Part shown: in pieces, positions 6,019-15,885 of the stretch
How positions within the stretch are numbered: the first letter of the stretch is position 1
How the letters are laid out: the number at the start of each line of letters is the position of its first letter
From: a virus
Taxonomy: Duplodnaviria > Heunggongvirae > Uroviricota > Caudoviricetes
Reading direction: 5' to 3' (one strand)
DNA: 30,712 nt
Virus record (IMG/VR): IMGVR_UViG_3300047493_000037
Location: 1-30,712 of that record
Notes under the pieces: model-generated
What the model saw: only the letters and a program-made list of their open reading frames with translations
Database searches by the model: none
What the model was told of the DNA's origin: nothing
Made by a program: the position numbers and the translations under genes

Positions 6019-8232
6019 ATGGCAATCAACGTAACATTTAACGGAGCTACAATTTACAAGCCAGGTGGCTACTCTGAGGAACTCATCGACCTCGGTGGCG
6101 GTTTTCCTGTAGGACCAACTGGTTTGGTTGCCATCTTTGGCGAAGCCGCAGCAGGTCCTCCTGGATCGCAAGTTCCTGATCTCTCTGCGAACGTGTTTTC
6201 GCCAGATCAACTTCCAGCTATTCAGTCTCTTTATGGTTCAGGTCCAATTGTAGACGCATGTAACTTCTTGTTTGCCCCAGGCGCTGACGGCGCAATTCCA
6301 GGCGGTGCACAGCAGGTTTATATCTATAAGACAAATGCAAGTGTGCAAGCAACTGCTGCGCTCTCTAATTCTTATGGTTCTCTTCTTGCGAATGTTTATG
6401 GATCTGGCGGAAATCAAATCACATATCAGGATGTAACAGCTCCAGCAATGCCTGCTACAACGTCTTCAACTGCTCCATTTAATCTCACCGGCGCAGCACA
6501 AAGCGGAGACACGATGGTGTTGAGAATTCAAGGTGCAGTAAGCACTCTTGACAACACCTTCACAATGCCTGTTTCTACGATTACTAGAGCCGAATTCCAA
6601 ACTGCGCTAAACACTTCTGGAAATTGGTCAAATGGTCTTCCTGCTAACATGACATTTACTGTTACTGGCACCTCTGATGCTGCAGCAAGTCTAACGATTG
6701 CTCAAGGTCTTGGAACCAATGCGCAGCGCAATGGGTACGGTATGAACTTCCAATTGGTAAGTGGAACTCTACTTGCAGCAATTAATATTGCTCCAGGTTT
6801 GTACACTTCTGAAAGTGAAGACATGGCTGTTATCACCATCAAGAACAATGCTACTCTTATCACTGAGTCTGGCACTGTCGGTGGAAACATTGTTCTTCAA
6901 CTTGGAAGAAACGGTGGTGTTGCTCCTGCAGTGACAATCACTGCTACTCAGATGTTTTTGATCAATAACTCTGTTCATGAGTATACAATAACCTTGGCGG
7001 ATTTCCCATCCTTGTATACACTTGTTCAGTACATTAACAACACAACCGGTGGAAACTGGTTTGCACAATTGAGCAGCACGCTTGTTGGCCAACTACCTCC
7101 CAGTGTTCTTGATGAAGTAACTAATCTTGGCGCAAATGGTTCTAGCACGATCTTGCCAGCACAGATTAAAGATGATGCTTACGAAACTCAGCAATTCTTT
7201 GCTCAGTCTGCAAGCGTATCTCTAGTTCAAACTACTGGTGAAGGTGTTGTTGGTCTTCCAGATCCACAGGGTCCTACCTATCTAACTGGTGGTGCTTTGG
7301 GCGGAACGTCTTCTGCTGATATTGTTAACGCGCTCACTGCCTTCCAGGCAATCCGTGTTAACTCGGTCGTTCCTTTGTTTTCTAGAGATGCATCGGCTGA
7401 TATCATCGACGGACTCACCGATCCTAGTTCTACTTACACCATCGACGCTATTCACCAAGCTGTTAAGACTCATCTCAGTTTGATGGCTACGACAAAAGAA
7501 AAGTCTGAACGTCAAGGATATCTATCTTTGAAGGACACGTATTTGAACTGCAAACTTGAAAGTCAGAATATGGCTGATGCTCGCATCCAGCTCAATATTC
7601 AGGACATTCGCCAGGTTAACTCTGCTGGAGTAATTCAGTGGTTCTTGCCTTGGGCTGGTTCTTGCCTAGTTGCAGGCGCACGCGGCGGTTCACCAGTTGG
7701 TCTGCCAATGACGTTCAAGTATTTCAACATGTCTGGCATTCGTCAAACGGCTCAACCTATGACAACTCCAGAGGCACAGATTGTTCAGGACTTCAACCCT
7801 GGAACTCAGTACGACGACGCGATCATGAATGGCATAACCTTCTGGGAAAAGCCACAAACTGGTGGTTTCCGTCTTGTAGTCGACAATACGACTTATGGCG
7901 CTGATGCAAACTGGGTTTATAACCGTGCCAATGTTCTATATGCCGCTGACGTTCTTGCTTTTGACTTCCGTAGTCAACTTGAGAATATTTTTGTCGGTAT
8001 TAAGAACACTATCTCTGCAGCCTCTGTTAAGTCTACATGCGACAGCATCTTGACTGGTTACTTGGCTCAAGGTATTACGGTATCTACAAGCGATGCCCCT
8101 AACGGATATAAGCAACTAGTTGTTCAGATCGTTGGTAATACGATCAACATCTCAGTTGTTGTAAAGCTTGTCGAAGGTATTGACTTCGTGTTGGCAACGA
8201 TCACGCTTCAAAGAGCGTCTTCTAGCGCCTAA
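6019..8232 (+). CDS. contractile tail sheath protein (737 aa, with inserted outer domains)
   Basis: N-terminal IYKPGGYS...AIFGEAAAGP, middle LTGGALG, and C-terminal FRLVVDNTTY...ADVLAFDFRSQLENIFVG...IDFVLATITL match the sheath architecture; followed by tube genes. Confidence 0.92.
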   Translation: MAINVTFNGATIYKPGGYSEELIDLGGGFPVGPTGLVAIFGEAAAGPPGSQVPDLSANVFSPDQLPAIQSLYGSGPIVDACNFLFAPGADGAIPGGAQQVYIYKTNASVQATAALSNSYGSLLANVYGSGGNQITYQDVTAPAMPATTSSTAPFNLTGAAQSGDTMVLRIQGAVSTLDNTFTMPVSTITRAEFQTALNTSGNWSNGLPANMTFTVTGTSDAAASLTIAQGLGTNAQRNGYGMNFQLVSGTLLAAINIAPGLYTSESEDMAVITIKNNATLITESGTVGGNIVLQLGRNGGVAPAVTITATQMFLINNSVHEYTITLADFPSLYTLVQYINNTTGGNWFAQLSSTLVGQLPPSVLDEVTNLGANGSSTILPAQIKDDAYETQQFFAQSASVSLVQTTGEGVVGLPDPQGPTYLTGGALGGTSSADIVNALTAFQAIRVNSVVPLFSRDASADIIDGLTDPSSTYTIDAIHQAVKTHLSLMATTKEKSERQGYLSLKDTYLNCKLESQNMADARIQLNIQDIRQVNSAGVIQWFLPWAGSCLVAGARGGSPVGLPMTFKYFNMSGIRQTAQPMTTPEAQIVQDFNPGTQYDDAIMNGITFWEKPQTGGFRLVVDNTTYGADANWVYNRANVLYAADVLAFDFRSQLENIFVGIKNTISAASVKSTCDSILTGYLAQGITVSTSDAPNGYKQLVVQIVGNTINISVVVKLVEGIDFVLATITLQRASSSA

Positions 8233-8253
8233 TAATTAAGCGAACTAATATAG

Positions 8254-8291
8254 AGCCCTGGTATGTGTAAGCGTATCAGGGCTTTTAGTTT
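8254..8291 (+). terminator. intrinsic terminator-like hairpin after sheath
   Basis: AGCCCTGGTATG-tgtaag-CGTATCAGGGCT (12 bp with two G-U pairs) followed by TTTAGTTT. Confidence 0.7.
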
Positions 8292-8300
8292 AACTTAGTT

Positions 8301-8311
8301 TGTGGTATTCT
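8301..8311 (+). promoter_or_regulatory. extended -10 promoter-like element TGTGgTATTCT for the major tube gene
   Basis: Between the sheath terminator and the tube gene; an alternative TACAAT lies at 8321-8326. Confidence 0.45.
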
Positions 8312-8377
8312 TAAGTTATCTACAATGTTGTAGATTTAAATTCTCGGTAGCCAGAACCGAACTGGCAAGGAGTTAGT

Positions 8378-8950
8378 ATGGCAGGCATGATACCTTCATT
8401 TATTACTGGTGCAAATGCACGAGTTTCCGCAGGCGGAAAGACATTTGCTTATGCATCTGATGTTTCTTATAGCGTATCAATCGACACGGTTCCTATCGAG
8501 ACGATGGGTCGTTACGAAGCAGTGTCTAATGAACCTGTTAACTATTCAGTTGGTGGAGAGTTAAGTATCGTTCGCTATACAAAACTTGCAACTACAAATC
8601 CTTCTGTTACTGGTACTCAAGTTCCTCCTAAGGGCACTGTTGCCACTGGTAACGGTCTAGGTCAGATTACAACAACTAACGGTGACAATATGTCAAATCA
8701 GATTAATCCTGGTAACATCTTGCTCTCTATGACTTGGGACCTTAACGTTTATCAGAAAACTGTTAATACTACACCCGATAGTAATGAAGTAGCTTTCATC
8801 ACTATCACGGATTGCAGATTTAACAGAATGTCTGCTGGTATCAATAAGCGTGGCATTCTAGTCGATCGCCTCTCTTTTGTTGGCATCTTGATGCAGGATG
8901 ATTCGTTTGCTGCAACAAGCTCTGGAGATCTAGATCTAAGTACAGGCTAA
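8378..8950 (+). CDS. tail tube protein (probable major tube subunit)
   Basis: Directly after sheath; beta-rich 190 aa (FITGANARV...IETMGRYEAVSNEPV); strong AAGGAG; own terminator. Confidence 0.85.
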   Translation: MAGMIPSFITGANARVSAGGKTFAYASDVSYSVSIDTVPIETMGRYEAVSNEPVNYSVGGELSIVRYTKLATTNPSVTGTQVPPKGTVATGNGLGQITTTNGDNMSNQINPGNILLSMTWDLNVYQKTVNTTPDSNEVAFITITDCRFNRMSAGINKRGILVDRLSFVGILMQDDSFAATSSGDLDLSTG

Positions 8951-8977
8951 TCAATAATTCAGTAAAGTCATAAGATT

Positions 8978-9005
8978 GGCAGCCTTGAAAAGGGCTGCCT
9001 TTTTT
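8978..9005 (+). terminator. intrinsic terminator
   Basis: GGCAGCCTT-GAAA-AGGGCTGCC followed by TTTTTT. Confidence 0.9.
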
Positions 9006-9030
9006 ATTTCTAAGTTAACCTATTAAGATC

Positions 9031-9036
9031 TATAAT
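9031..9036 (+). promoter_or_regulatory. -10 element TATAAT, 6 nt before ATG 9043 (leaderless arrangement)
   Basis: TATAATgagcatATG; no SD; lies just after a terminator, so a promoter is needed here. Confidence 0.65.
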
Positions 9037-9042
9037 GAGCAT

Positions 9043-9651
9043 ATGGGCGGCGTAAAACCTTTTTTTCTTACTGGAGCTAATGCTAAACTTGTCTTAAACG
9101 GCAAAACCTTAGCCTTTTGTACAGATTTTTCTTGTTCTGTGATGATAAGTCATCAAACCCCTAAAGTTCTTGGCATGTATGAAGGCGTTAGTGTTGAACC
9201 ACTAGGTTACAATGTTGCGGGAACCTTTAGTGTGATCAGGTATGTTAACAATGCTGCAGACAACATTGGAGCAGGTGCTACACTACCTTTTGGAGTCACT
9301 GCAGCCGGTAATGGAGTCGGCAACTGGGGAAGTATTTGGGGCGGTGGAGCGCTTGGAAACCTGCCTTCGCAACTTGGAACACCAGGATCAGGAAGCGATG
9401 GGCGTGCAAACGAAGCCTTAGATCCTAGCACCTATTCACAGGGCACTACCTTTGACATTCTCATCTATCAGCATAATCCTAACGGTGATCCACTCGGCGT
9501 GATTAGAGTTAGAAGCGCAAGAATTAGTAAGGCAGATTTTGGCGTCACTAAAAAATCAGCAGCCATGGACAGATTTGAGTTTATAGCTCTATATGTAGAT
9601 GGCGACGCATATCAAGCAAATCCATCTGGTAATGGACAGCAGAATAGTTAA
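9043..9651 (+). CDS. tail tube paralogue 2 (minor tube / tube initiator)
   Basis: FLTGANAKLVLNGKTLAF...VLGMYEGVSVEPLGYNVAGTFSVIRY aligns with tube 1. Confidence 0.8.
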   Translation: MGGVKPFFLTGANAKLVLNGKTLAFCTDFSCSVMISHQTPKVLGMYEGVSVEPLGYNVAGTFSVIRYVNNAADNIGAGATLPFGVTAAGNGVGNWGSIWGGGALGNLPSQLGTPGSGSDGRANEALDPSTYSQGTTFDILIYQHNPNGDPLGVIRVRSARISKADFGVTKKSAAMDRFEFIALYVDGDAYQANPSGNGQQNS

Positions 9652-9653
9652 TT

Positions 9654-10286
9654 ATGCCAAATACCGGTTTTGATAATTCACCAGGCTTTTCAGAAAATCT
9701 AGTTAACAATGTTGCTAGTAACGTTAGCGGCATTTTCTCCTTAAGGCCAAATGCAAAGTTTATGAGTGGTGCTCGCTGCACGCTCAAGATAAATGGCAAA
9801 CTTGTTGGTTTCGCGTTCGGTATTAGCTGGACAATTAATACTATGGTAACAGAGATCAATACCGTAGATGACTATTTACCATATGAACTTGCACCACAAA
9901 GAGTAACAGTTGAAGGTACCATCTCTGCTCTACACATTCCAGGCGTAAGCGCCAACACAGAAGGATGGCAGCCGAATGTGTTGTCATTCTTATTTGCCCC
10001 ATACATATCTATTGAAGCTAGAGATGAAGCAACTAACCAGATTATCTTTGCAACAGATAAAGCAATGGTAGTAACTAGAAGTGAAGAGTTAAGGGTTGAG
10101 CAACTCTCTAATGTAACTATTCGTTGGAGAGCAATTGGCTATATTGACGAACAAACTCCTACGCCTTTGCATAACTATAATCAACCAAATAATAACTTGA
10201 ATAGTCCACCTACAAGTCAAACTAACCCTGTTACCAGCGCAATCTCTGGCGCAGCCTCTGCTATCGCCAACGCAGTTGGCTTGTAA
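9654..10286 (+). CDS. tail tube paralogue 3 (minor tube / tube initiator)
   Basis: FMSGARCTLKINGKLVGF...INTVDDYLPYELAPQRVTVEGTIS aligns with tubes 1 and 2; N- and C-terminal extensions. Confidence 0.75.
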   Translation: MPNTGFDNSPGFSENLVNNVASNVSGIFSLRPNAKFMSGARCTLKINGKLVGFAFGISWTINTMVTEINTVDDYLPYELAPQRVTVEGTISALHIPGVSANTEGWQPNVLSFLFAPYISIEARDEATNQIIFATDKAMVVTRSEELRVEQLSNVTIRWRAIGYIDEQTPTPLHNYNQPNNNLNSPPTSQTNPVTSAISGAASAIANAVGL

Positions 10287-10287
10287 T

Positions 10288-10296
10288 TGGTATAAT
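10288..10296 (+). promoter_or_regulatory. extended -10 promoter-like element TGgTATAAT
   Basis: Upstream of GAGG and ATG 10317. Confidence 0.6.
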
Positions 10297-10316
10297 CTAA
10301 ACCAGAGGTTTAATAC

Positions 10317-10703
10317 ATGGAACTACCTAAGAACGAAGCCACATTCGATGTTGATGTCCAAGGAGATACTACATTTAAGCAGTACCAAGGACAATTTACT
10401 TGCCGCTGTGTGCTCTCTATGGGACAAAAGCATGGCATGGAGATTGAAAAATCAAGACTTCTAGGAAGCTACGTAAACCCAACGAATGAGCTAGAAGGGT
10501 TAGCGATCATATTTGCCAGCCTAAGAGCTAAGATCGTCGACGGACCAGAATGGTGGAAGCAAAGCACTGGTGGCGCAACCATCAACGATGAGAATGTCCT
10601 TGTTGATCTGTACAACAAAGTTGAGAAAGCAGAAAAAGAATGGCGTCAGAAGGTGAAAGATTTAGCGAATCCCTCGATGGACTCACAGTTGCCGAATCCA
10701 TAA
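10317..10703 (+). CDS. putative tail assembly chaperone
   Basis: 128 aa between tube and tape-measure genes; ...IVDGPEWW...LVDLYNKVEKAEKEWR C-terminus. Confidence 0.65.
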   Translation: MELPKNEATFDVDVQGDTTFKQYQGQFTCRCVLSMGQKHGMEIEKSRLLGSYVNPTNELEGLAIIFASLRAKIVDGPEWWKQSTGGATINDENVLVDLYNKVEKAEKEWRQKVKDLANPSMDSQLPNP

Positions 10704-11137
10704 GGAAGATTGCTGCTAAAAATGCCAGAGCAGACCTTGACAGCGAGGAGCAACTTCTTCTGTTCCTACAAAGCTGGTGGTCTAGGCTTTACAACAGGCC
10801 TCTGCTAGATCCACTTCTTCAATCCTACACACTAGAGCAGCTCCTATACGAGTTCTGGGACCGCGTTGAGCGCAAGGCGGCGGAAGAAGAACGTATAAAG
10901 GATGTAGAGATCGAACACGAACAAAATAAAGAAAAAGCTGACCTTGATTGGGCCGAAAAGATGGAGCAAGAAGAGCTTGCCCAAATTAAGGCGAAAGCAA
11001 CTATCTCGGAAGAAAAGAAACCTTTAGATCCAACTAAGGATCCTGCTAACATTAAGTGGATGGAAGAGCAAATGAAGTTACACAAAGAACAATTTGGGGC
11101 TTCTTTTGGTGAAGACATAGAAGAGAACTTTGAATGA
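10640..11137 (+). CDS. putative second tail assembly chaperone (acidic, helical), -1 frame overlap with the previous gene
   Basis: ORF track; WWSRLYNRP...YTLEQLLYEFW; 64-nt overlap. Confidence 0.65.
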   Translation: MASEGERFSESLDGLTVAESIRKIAAKNARADLDSEEQLLLFLQSWWSRLYNRPLLDPLLQSYTLEQLLYEFWDRVERKAAEEERIKDVEIEHEQNKEKADLDWAEKMEQEELAQIKAKATISEEKKPLDPTKDPANIKWMEEQMKLHKEQFGASFGEDIEENFE

Positions 11138-11424
11138 AAAAGCCACTTGATAACCCGTATTCTAAATACAGGTTTGACAATACATTCAATCCGAAGTTTA
11201 GAGTTGAGAATAATCTTACTAGACTATACGGCATTGAACAAAGAGCCTTTAAGGACAATATTAAAGACCAAATGCCAGAGGTGCCGTCTACCTGGGTCAA
11301 CAATGGCGCAACATGGGTTGTAAATAACGTATATAAGTGCACCCAGATCAATAAAGTTGATCAACCAGTCGTTAACGATAAGAACGCTTCAAAGCAAACT
11401 TACTTTAAGCTTTTTAAGTTATAA
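11134..11424 (+). CDS. hypothetical protein, 96 aa
   Basis: ATGA coupling; fills the gap before the tape measure gene. Confidence 0.7.
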   Translation: MKKPLDNPYSKYRFDNTFNPKFRVENNLTRLYGIEQRAFKDNIKDQMPEVPSTWVNNGATWVVNNVYKCTQINKVDQPVVNDKNASKQTYFKLFKL

Positions 11425-11425
11425 T
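11420..11425 (+). promoter_or_regulatory. -10 element TATAAT, 8 nt before the tape-measure ATG
   Basis: ttaagtTATAATagccttctATG; no SD. Confidence 0.55.
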
Positions 11426-11433
11426 AGCCTTCT

Positions 11434-14127
11434 ATGGCTAACACCCCAAACAGCAGCGATAACGGAAACAAACCTAACCAGATAGGTGACTTTGGTCTGT
11501 CCCGTTTAGCAGAAATTGCTGCTGAAAACAGACCATCAGCCAAAGAAGCAGCCGACAGAGCAAAGGCTAGAGTAGCTAGAGAGGGATTGCGTGTTGACGC
11601 TTCGCTTACCAGCGAGCAACGTGATTTCGAATCTATCGCTCAAATTCGTAAAAGCAATATCAACACGATGCACAGGACCGAACCTAGAATTAGGATCGCG
11701 GTCGAGGCCAGACAGCAGCGCTTATCCTCACAAGCTGTTAATGCCGTAAGTAAAGAATTCTCTGAGTCCACAATAAGTGGAATGATAAACGAGTTGTCAA
11801 GTTCACCAGAGGCGCAACATGGCGCCATGAGCATGATGGGTGTTCCATATAATGATTTGGTAGCACAACAGCGTTCACGCATGGCTCGCCTACAAGAGCT
11901 TGGCGCCGTAAACAAAGGTTTAGCTGGAAGAGTTATTGGCAGAAAAGGTATCAATCAAGATATCTATGGGAATATCCAAGCCAATACACAAGAAGCTCAA
12001 GGATTGATGAACGAGCTCGGCACTATCAGTGCCGCGTTGGGACAGCAAAAAGCAATTGGCAACGATCCTAGGTCTCGTGCTGCTGGGCTTGTTCAAGACG
12101 TTGCAATGGCAAAAGGCGTTTCTAGCTCAGATTCAACTTACGAATCCGCTCAAACATTAATAAAAGCATTTGAAAGATTAAGTGAGGTCACTGATGTAAC
12201 CTCTAAAGAGTTTTTAGATCTACAGAAAACTACAGATGAGGCTCGTAAAAACTTTGTAGCGGGTGGCAGTGGCGGTGGAAGCAGATTTGCTAACTACGCT
12301 GGAATGGCGCAAGCTGGATTCGGTGCATTCAGCGGTGCAGTGATGCAAATCGGTGTAAACCAAAAATTAGCACAAGCTCAAAACGCTACTGGGTTTGCTG
12401 ACTGGGAAAATCAAAAATATCAAACCTATAAAGCTGCAGCTGGTGGTGACATAGCCTCTCTTATGCGCATGTCGCAATTCACAGGGGCAGAAGCTTTTGG
12501 AATTAGAACAAGAAAAGCAGCTAATTTAGCAGTTGGATCTCAAATGGTAGGCGGTCTTGCCGGCGCAGTTGGCAGCGGCGCAGTAGACGATATCTCTGGT
12601 TCAATTGGTAATCTTAGTGGTTCCGCTGTTGCTCTATCTGACTATGCTAGAAATGTAAGTGGTGGTCAAGCAGAAATTGCTGCTCGTCAAGCAAGACTCT
12701 CTGTAGCAAATGCAGTTAATGCAGTTGGTGCAGAACAGATACAAGGATTTAGAGATTTCTCAGTTGGTCTTGGCACTGCTGCCATAGGCATGGGTTCTAG
12801 CGGTGGCGACTTCTTAAGGAGATCTATCTCTGGCGATAACATGAGTCGTATGACTGCTTCAAGAATAAGTCCAGAACAAATGGTTCAGATGACTCAAATG
12901 GGCGTTGCTAACATGGGATCAATGTTCAACGAGAATCAAATCTTTGAAGCACGTAACTATGAACGTCGCGGCTTAGGTTCGATGGGTGAGAACATGCAAA
13001 GAATGGCTGGACTTGCTGCGGCAGGTTCTAATAATCCTTCTAGCTCATTAAGCGCAATCACCGAAGCAGCAATCACAAGAGGTTTAGATTCTTCTAAGGC
13101 CTTAAATGCTGTTGTTGATCATACGGCATCTATGGCTGCATCTACTGCTGGTAGGGCAATGGGACTAGATACTACTGCAGCATCAGCAACTCTCCTTATG
13201 GCAGGCGTTGCTAAGGATGCTCCAAACAAGGAAGCAGCCATTGAGCATGCCGCTGCGGTACAAGATATTGCCCACGGTATTAGTGCCAACATTGGTGCTA
13301 ACTATGCAGGAATGAGTGCGGTTGCAAGAACGCAAAGAACTCTTGGTGTAGGTGGACCACAAGCAATTGCTGCGCAACTAATCGATGTTGACACGCTCAA
13401 GACAATTCAGGGATTAGGCACACCAGGAGCAAAAGCTGCTGCGCTAAGAAACAAAGGTGTTAATGTCGCTGAAAGCACCGTAGACAAGTCTATCTCTGGA
13501 ATGTTAAGTGACGCAGAAATGAAGTTATTAGAAGCAGGCGGAAAAGGCATTGCCCTTAGTGGTTCTATTAAGGGCGGATTAGGTGGTCTTCGCTCTCGTC
13601 TTGACAAGGCCGGTGGTTTTGGAGACTTATCTCCTGAAGATCAAGCTTCATTAGGATTAATCGGTGGATTTAGTGGAATGAAGGGTGGCGGCAAGGACAT
13701 GTTCGGCGTCCTTAAGGGCGTCAACGCTGAAGTCGGCAAGGAAGCATACGGACCATCTGCGGCTCCAGATAAAATGCTTGCATCACTGGATAAATTGCGC
13801 ACCACCGGATTTGAACAACTGGCTACTGCAGCTCAAACAGGTGCTGCAGCCTTTGGCGGTGCAGCAGAAGCAGTAGACAAGTTAACTACTGCATTTGATA
13901 ATCTTGCCGCATCAATGCCTAAGATAGAAGGCGAAAGCACCACTTCTGCTGGTCGAGCGACTGCCAGTGGAAGAGGTATGAACGTAGATGTAACAAAGTT
14001 TAATGGTGCAATTGATAAGCTTGACGCAGTTCTAAACAAGGCACTCAAGAACGCAGGCGTTGTGGAAATGCCTAGAGAAGCTGTAAATAAAAATAACTAC
14101 GGTAAGACCGGATTAAGTCATCCATGA
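11434..14127 (+). CDS. tape measure protein (897 aa)
   Basis: Long Ala/Gly/Met-rich helical protein between the chaperones and the baseplate hub. Confidence 0.8.
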   Translation: MANTPNSSDNGNKPNQIGDFGLSRLAEIAAENRPSAKEAADRAKARVAREGLRVDASLTSEQRDFESIAQIRKSNINTMHRTEPRIRIAVEARQQRLSSQAVNAVSKEFSESTISGMINELSSSPEAQHGAMSMMGVPYNDLVAQQRSRMARLQELGAVNKGLAGRVIGRKGINQDIYGNIQANTQEAQGLMNELGTISAALGQQKAIGNDPRSRAAGLVQDVAMAKGVSSSDSTYESAQTLIKAFERLSEVTDVTSKEFLDLQKTTDEARKNFVAGGSGGGSRFANYAGMAQAGFGAFSGAVMQIGVNQKLAQAQNATGFADWENQKYQTYKAAAGGDIASLMRMSQFTGAEAFGIRTRKAANLAVGSQMVGGLAGAVGSGAVDDISGSIGNLSGSAVALSDYARNVSGGQAEIAARQARLSVANAVNAVGAEQIQGFRDFSVGLGTAAIGMGSSGGDFLRRSISGDNMSRMTASRISPEQMVQMTQMGVANMGSMFNENQIFEARNYERRGLGSMGENMQRMAGLAAAGSNNPSSSLSAITEAAITRGLDSSKALNAVVDHTASMAASTAGRAMGLDTTAASATLLMAGVAKDAPNKEAAIEHAAAVQDIAHGISANIGANYAGMSAVARTQRTLGVGGPQAIAAQLIDVDTLKTIQGLGTPGAKAAALRNKGVNVAESTVDKSISGMLSDAEMKLLEAGGKGIALSGSIKGGLGGLRSRLDKAGGFGDLSPEDQASLGLIGGFSGMKGGGKDMFGVLKGVNAEVGKEAYGPSAAPDKMLASLDKLRTTGFEQLATAAQTGAAAFGGAAEAVDKLTTAFDNLAASMPKIEGESTTSAGRATASGRGMNVDVTKFNGAIDKLDAVLNKALKNAGVVEMPREAVNKNNYGKTGLSHP

Positions 14128-15884
14128 CACTTAACCAAACAAACAATTACAGGATAACGACTCCGCATGCGGCCGTCATTGTATGGAACTACAATGACCG
14201 TTTGGGTGCCGATCCAACAGACGCTAGCTCAATTAATGATGTGAATGAGATCATATTAAGCACTGTATCTTGTACTTCGATTCAAACTAGTAAAAGCAAA
14301 GGTTCACCTGCAGGTTCATTCACAATTACTTTAGCACCTACAAGAGATTGGGTTTCAGCTATTACAGCAGGTAGCTGGTGCACAATATTAATGTCTAATA
14401 GACCTATAACAAAGGCGCAACTAGATAACGCAGATCCTAATTTTGTTAAAATGATTGGCAAAATAGATACAGTTCGCGCTAACGTACAAGTTGATGACGA
14501 TGGCGCAAGACACACAACATATGTAGTCACTGGAAGTGATTGGGGTTACATATTTAATAATGTGTTATATATAGATAACCTTATTGCTGCAGCCAATGAT
14601 CCAACAAACCAAGGTAATACTATTGCGTTAGCGCTTCAACAACAGTTATTCGGAGAAGGAAATACTCCGCAGAGCTTTAAGGTTGCAGATAATCTAGTTG
14701 CGCTACTTGGAATATTTGGCGTATCATCCTCTGGATTAGACGCTGCTGGAACAGACATCAACAGAATTAACAAGTCAATATATGACTTTTTAATACCCGT
14801 GCAGATGTCTACATACTTTAACTTCATTGATGCAGACAATAATGTTAATCAGTCAACAATGCTTTCAGATTTGCTGACATTGCAGACAGGTAAATTAACA
14901 TCATACAACTCTTATCAAGACACAAATGAAGCTTATGGATTTATAGATCCATTTTCACTACAAGGGACAAACTCATTTTGGCAGATTCTTATGGACAATA
15001 GTAATCCTGCCTTAAATGAAATGTACAACGAGATTGAGTGGGAAACTAGCAACAGTGGAAAGATAGGACCATCTCTAACTATTTTTAACAGAATTAAGCC
15101 ATTCTCTTATAGAACTGATCTATCTACCACAGATTCTGAGAATAGTCTTAGGTCTCAATTTACCCTCTTAAAGACACACACTATTGACAATGTTAAGGTA
15201 ACTTCTGTAAACGTTGGAACTAACTGGCGTGACAAATATAACTTTGTAGAGATTAGGCCTCAATTTCAAGACTTTGAGATATTGGCAGGATGGACGGCTC
15301 AAAAATCGCAAGGCGCAGACACGCAAGCCTTTAATAGAGAAGGATTTAGGCCTCTTATAATTGGTACTAAACAATTCCCGGTTGATCCTTCTGTAAAAGG
15401 TTCTCAATACGATGCTAGTTTACTTACTAGTTGGGTATCTCTTCTAAAAGAATGGTTCTTCGATACGCACAAGCTACTAAATGGAACAATCACCGTGAAA
15501 GGTGGAAGTGAGTACATTGGCGTAGGCAACAACATACTATTTGAGGCTGCCTTAATCAACCCAACCATGAATCTTAACTTAGGTGCTAATAAGAGCGTTA
15601 ACACTAACTATATTCTTGCCCATGTAGAAAATGTAGATCATACATTCACAGTTGCCGATGATGGCGCGCGCAACTACACAACAAACATTCAGTTTGTTAG
15701 AGGCATAGTAGTTAACAAGAGTAATGGAAACTTTACACTGGTTGGAAGTGGATCTATAGATGAATTGGCATCTGACATTGCCGGCAAAACTGAAAACACA
15801 ACAAACACCTTTGGCACATCTGATGGCATATCAGACTCAACTCACCCGATCGACCCAGATCCTCGCAAGTTGAGAGGAACGTAA
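14124..15884 (+). CDS. baseplate hub protein (T4 gp27 / P2 gpD-like)
   Basis: SKSKGSPAGSFTITLAP, MIGKIDTVR, LNGTITVKG..YIGVGNNI, and HVENVDHTF...YTTNIQFVRG pattern; follows tape measure. Confidence 0.75.
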   Translation: MTLNQTNNYRITTPHAAVIVWNYNDRLGADPTDASSINDVNEIILSTVSCTSIQTSKSKGSPAGSFTITLAPTRDWVSAITAGSWCTILMSNRPITKAQLDNADPNFVKMIGKIDTVRANVQVDDDGARHTTYVVTGSDWGYIFNNVLYIDNLIAAANDPTNQGNTIALALQQQLFGEGNTPQSFKVADNLVALLGIFGVSSSGLDAAGTDINRINKSIYDFLIPVQMSTYFNFIDADNNVNQSTMLSDLLTLQTGKLTSYNSYQDTNEAYGFIDPFSLQGTNSFWQILMDNSNPALNEMYNEIEWETSNSGKIGPSLTIFNRIKPFSYRTDLSTTDSENSLRSQFTLLKTHTIDNVKVTSVNVGTNWRDKYNFVEIRPQFQDFEILAGWTAQKSQGADTQAFNREGFRPLIIGTKQFPVDPSVKGSQYDASLLTSWVSLLKEWFFDTHKLLNGTITVKGGSEYIGVGNNILFEAALINPTMNLNLGANKSVNTNYILAHVENVDHTFTVADDGARNYTTNIQFVRGIVVNKSNGNFTLVGSGSIDELASDIAGKTENTTNTFGTSDGISDSTHPIDPDPRKLRGT

Positions 15885-15885
15885 T

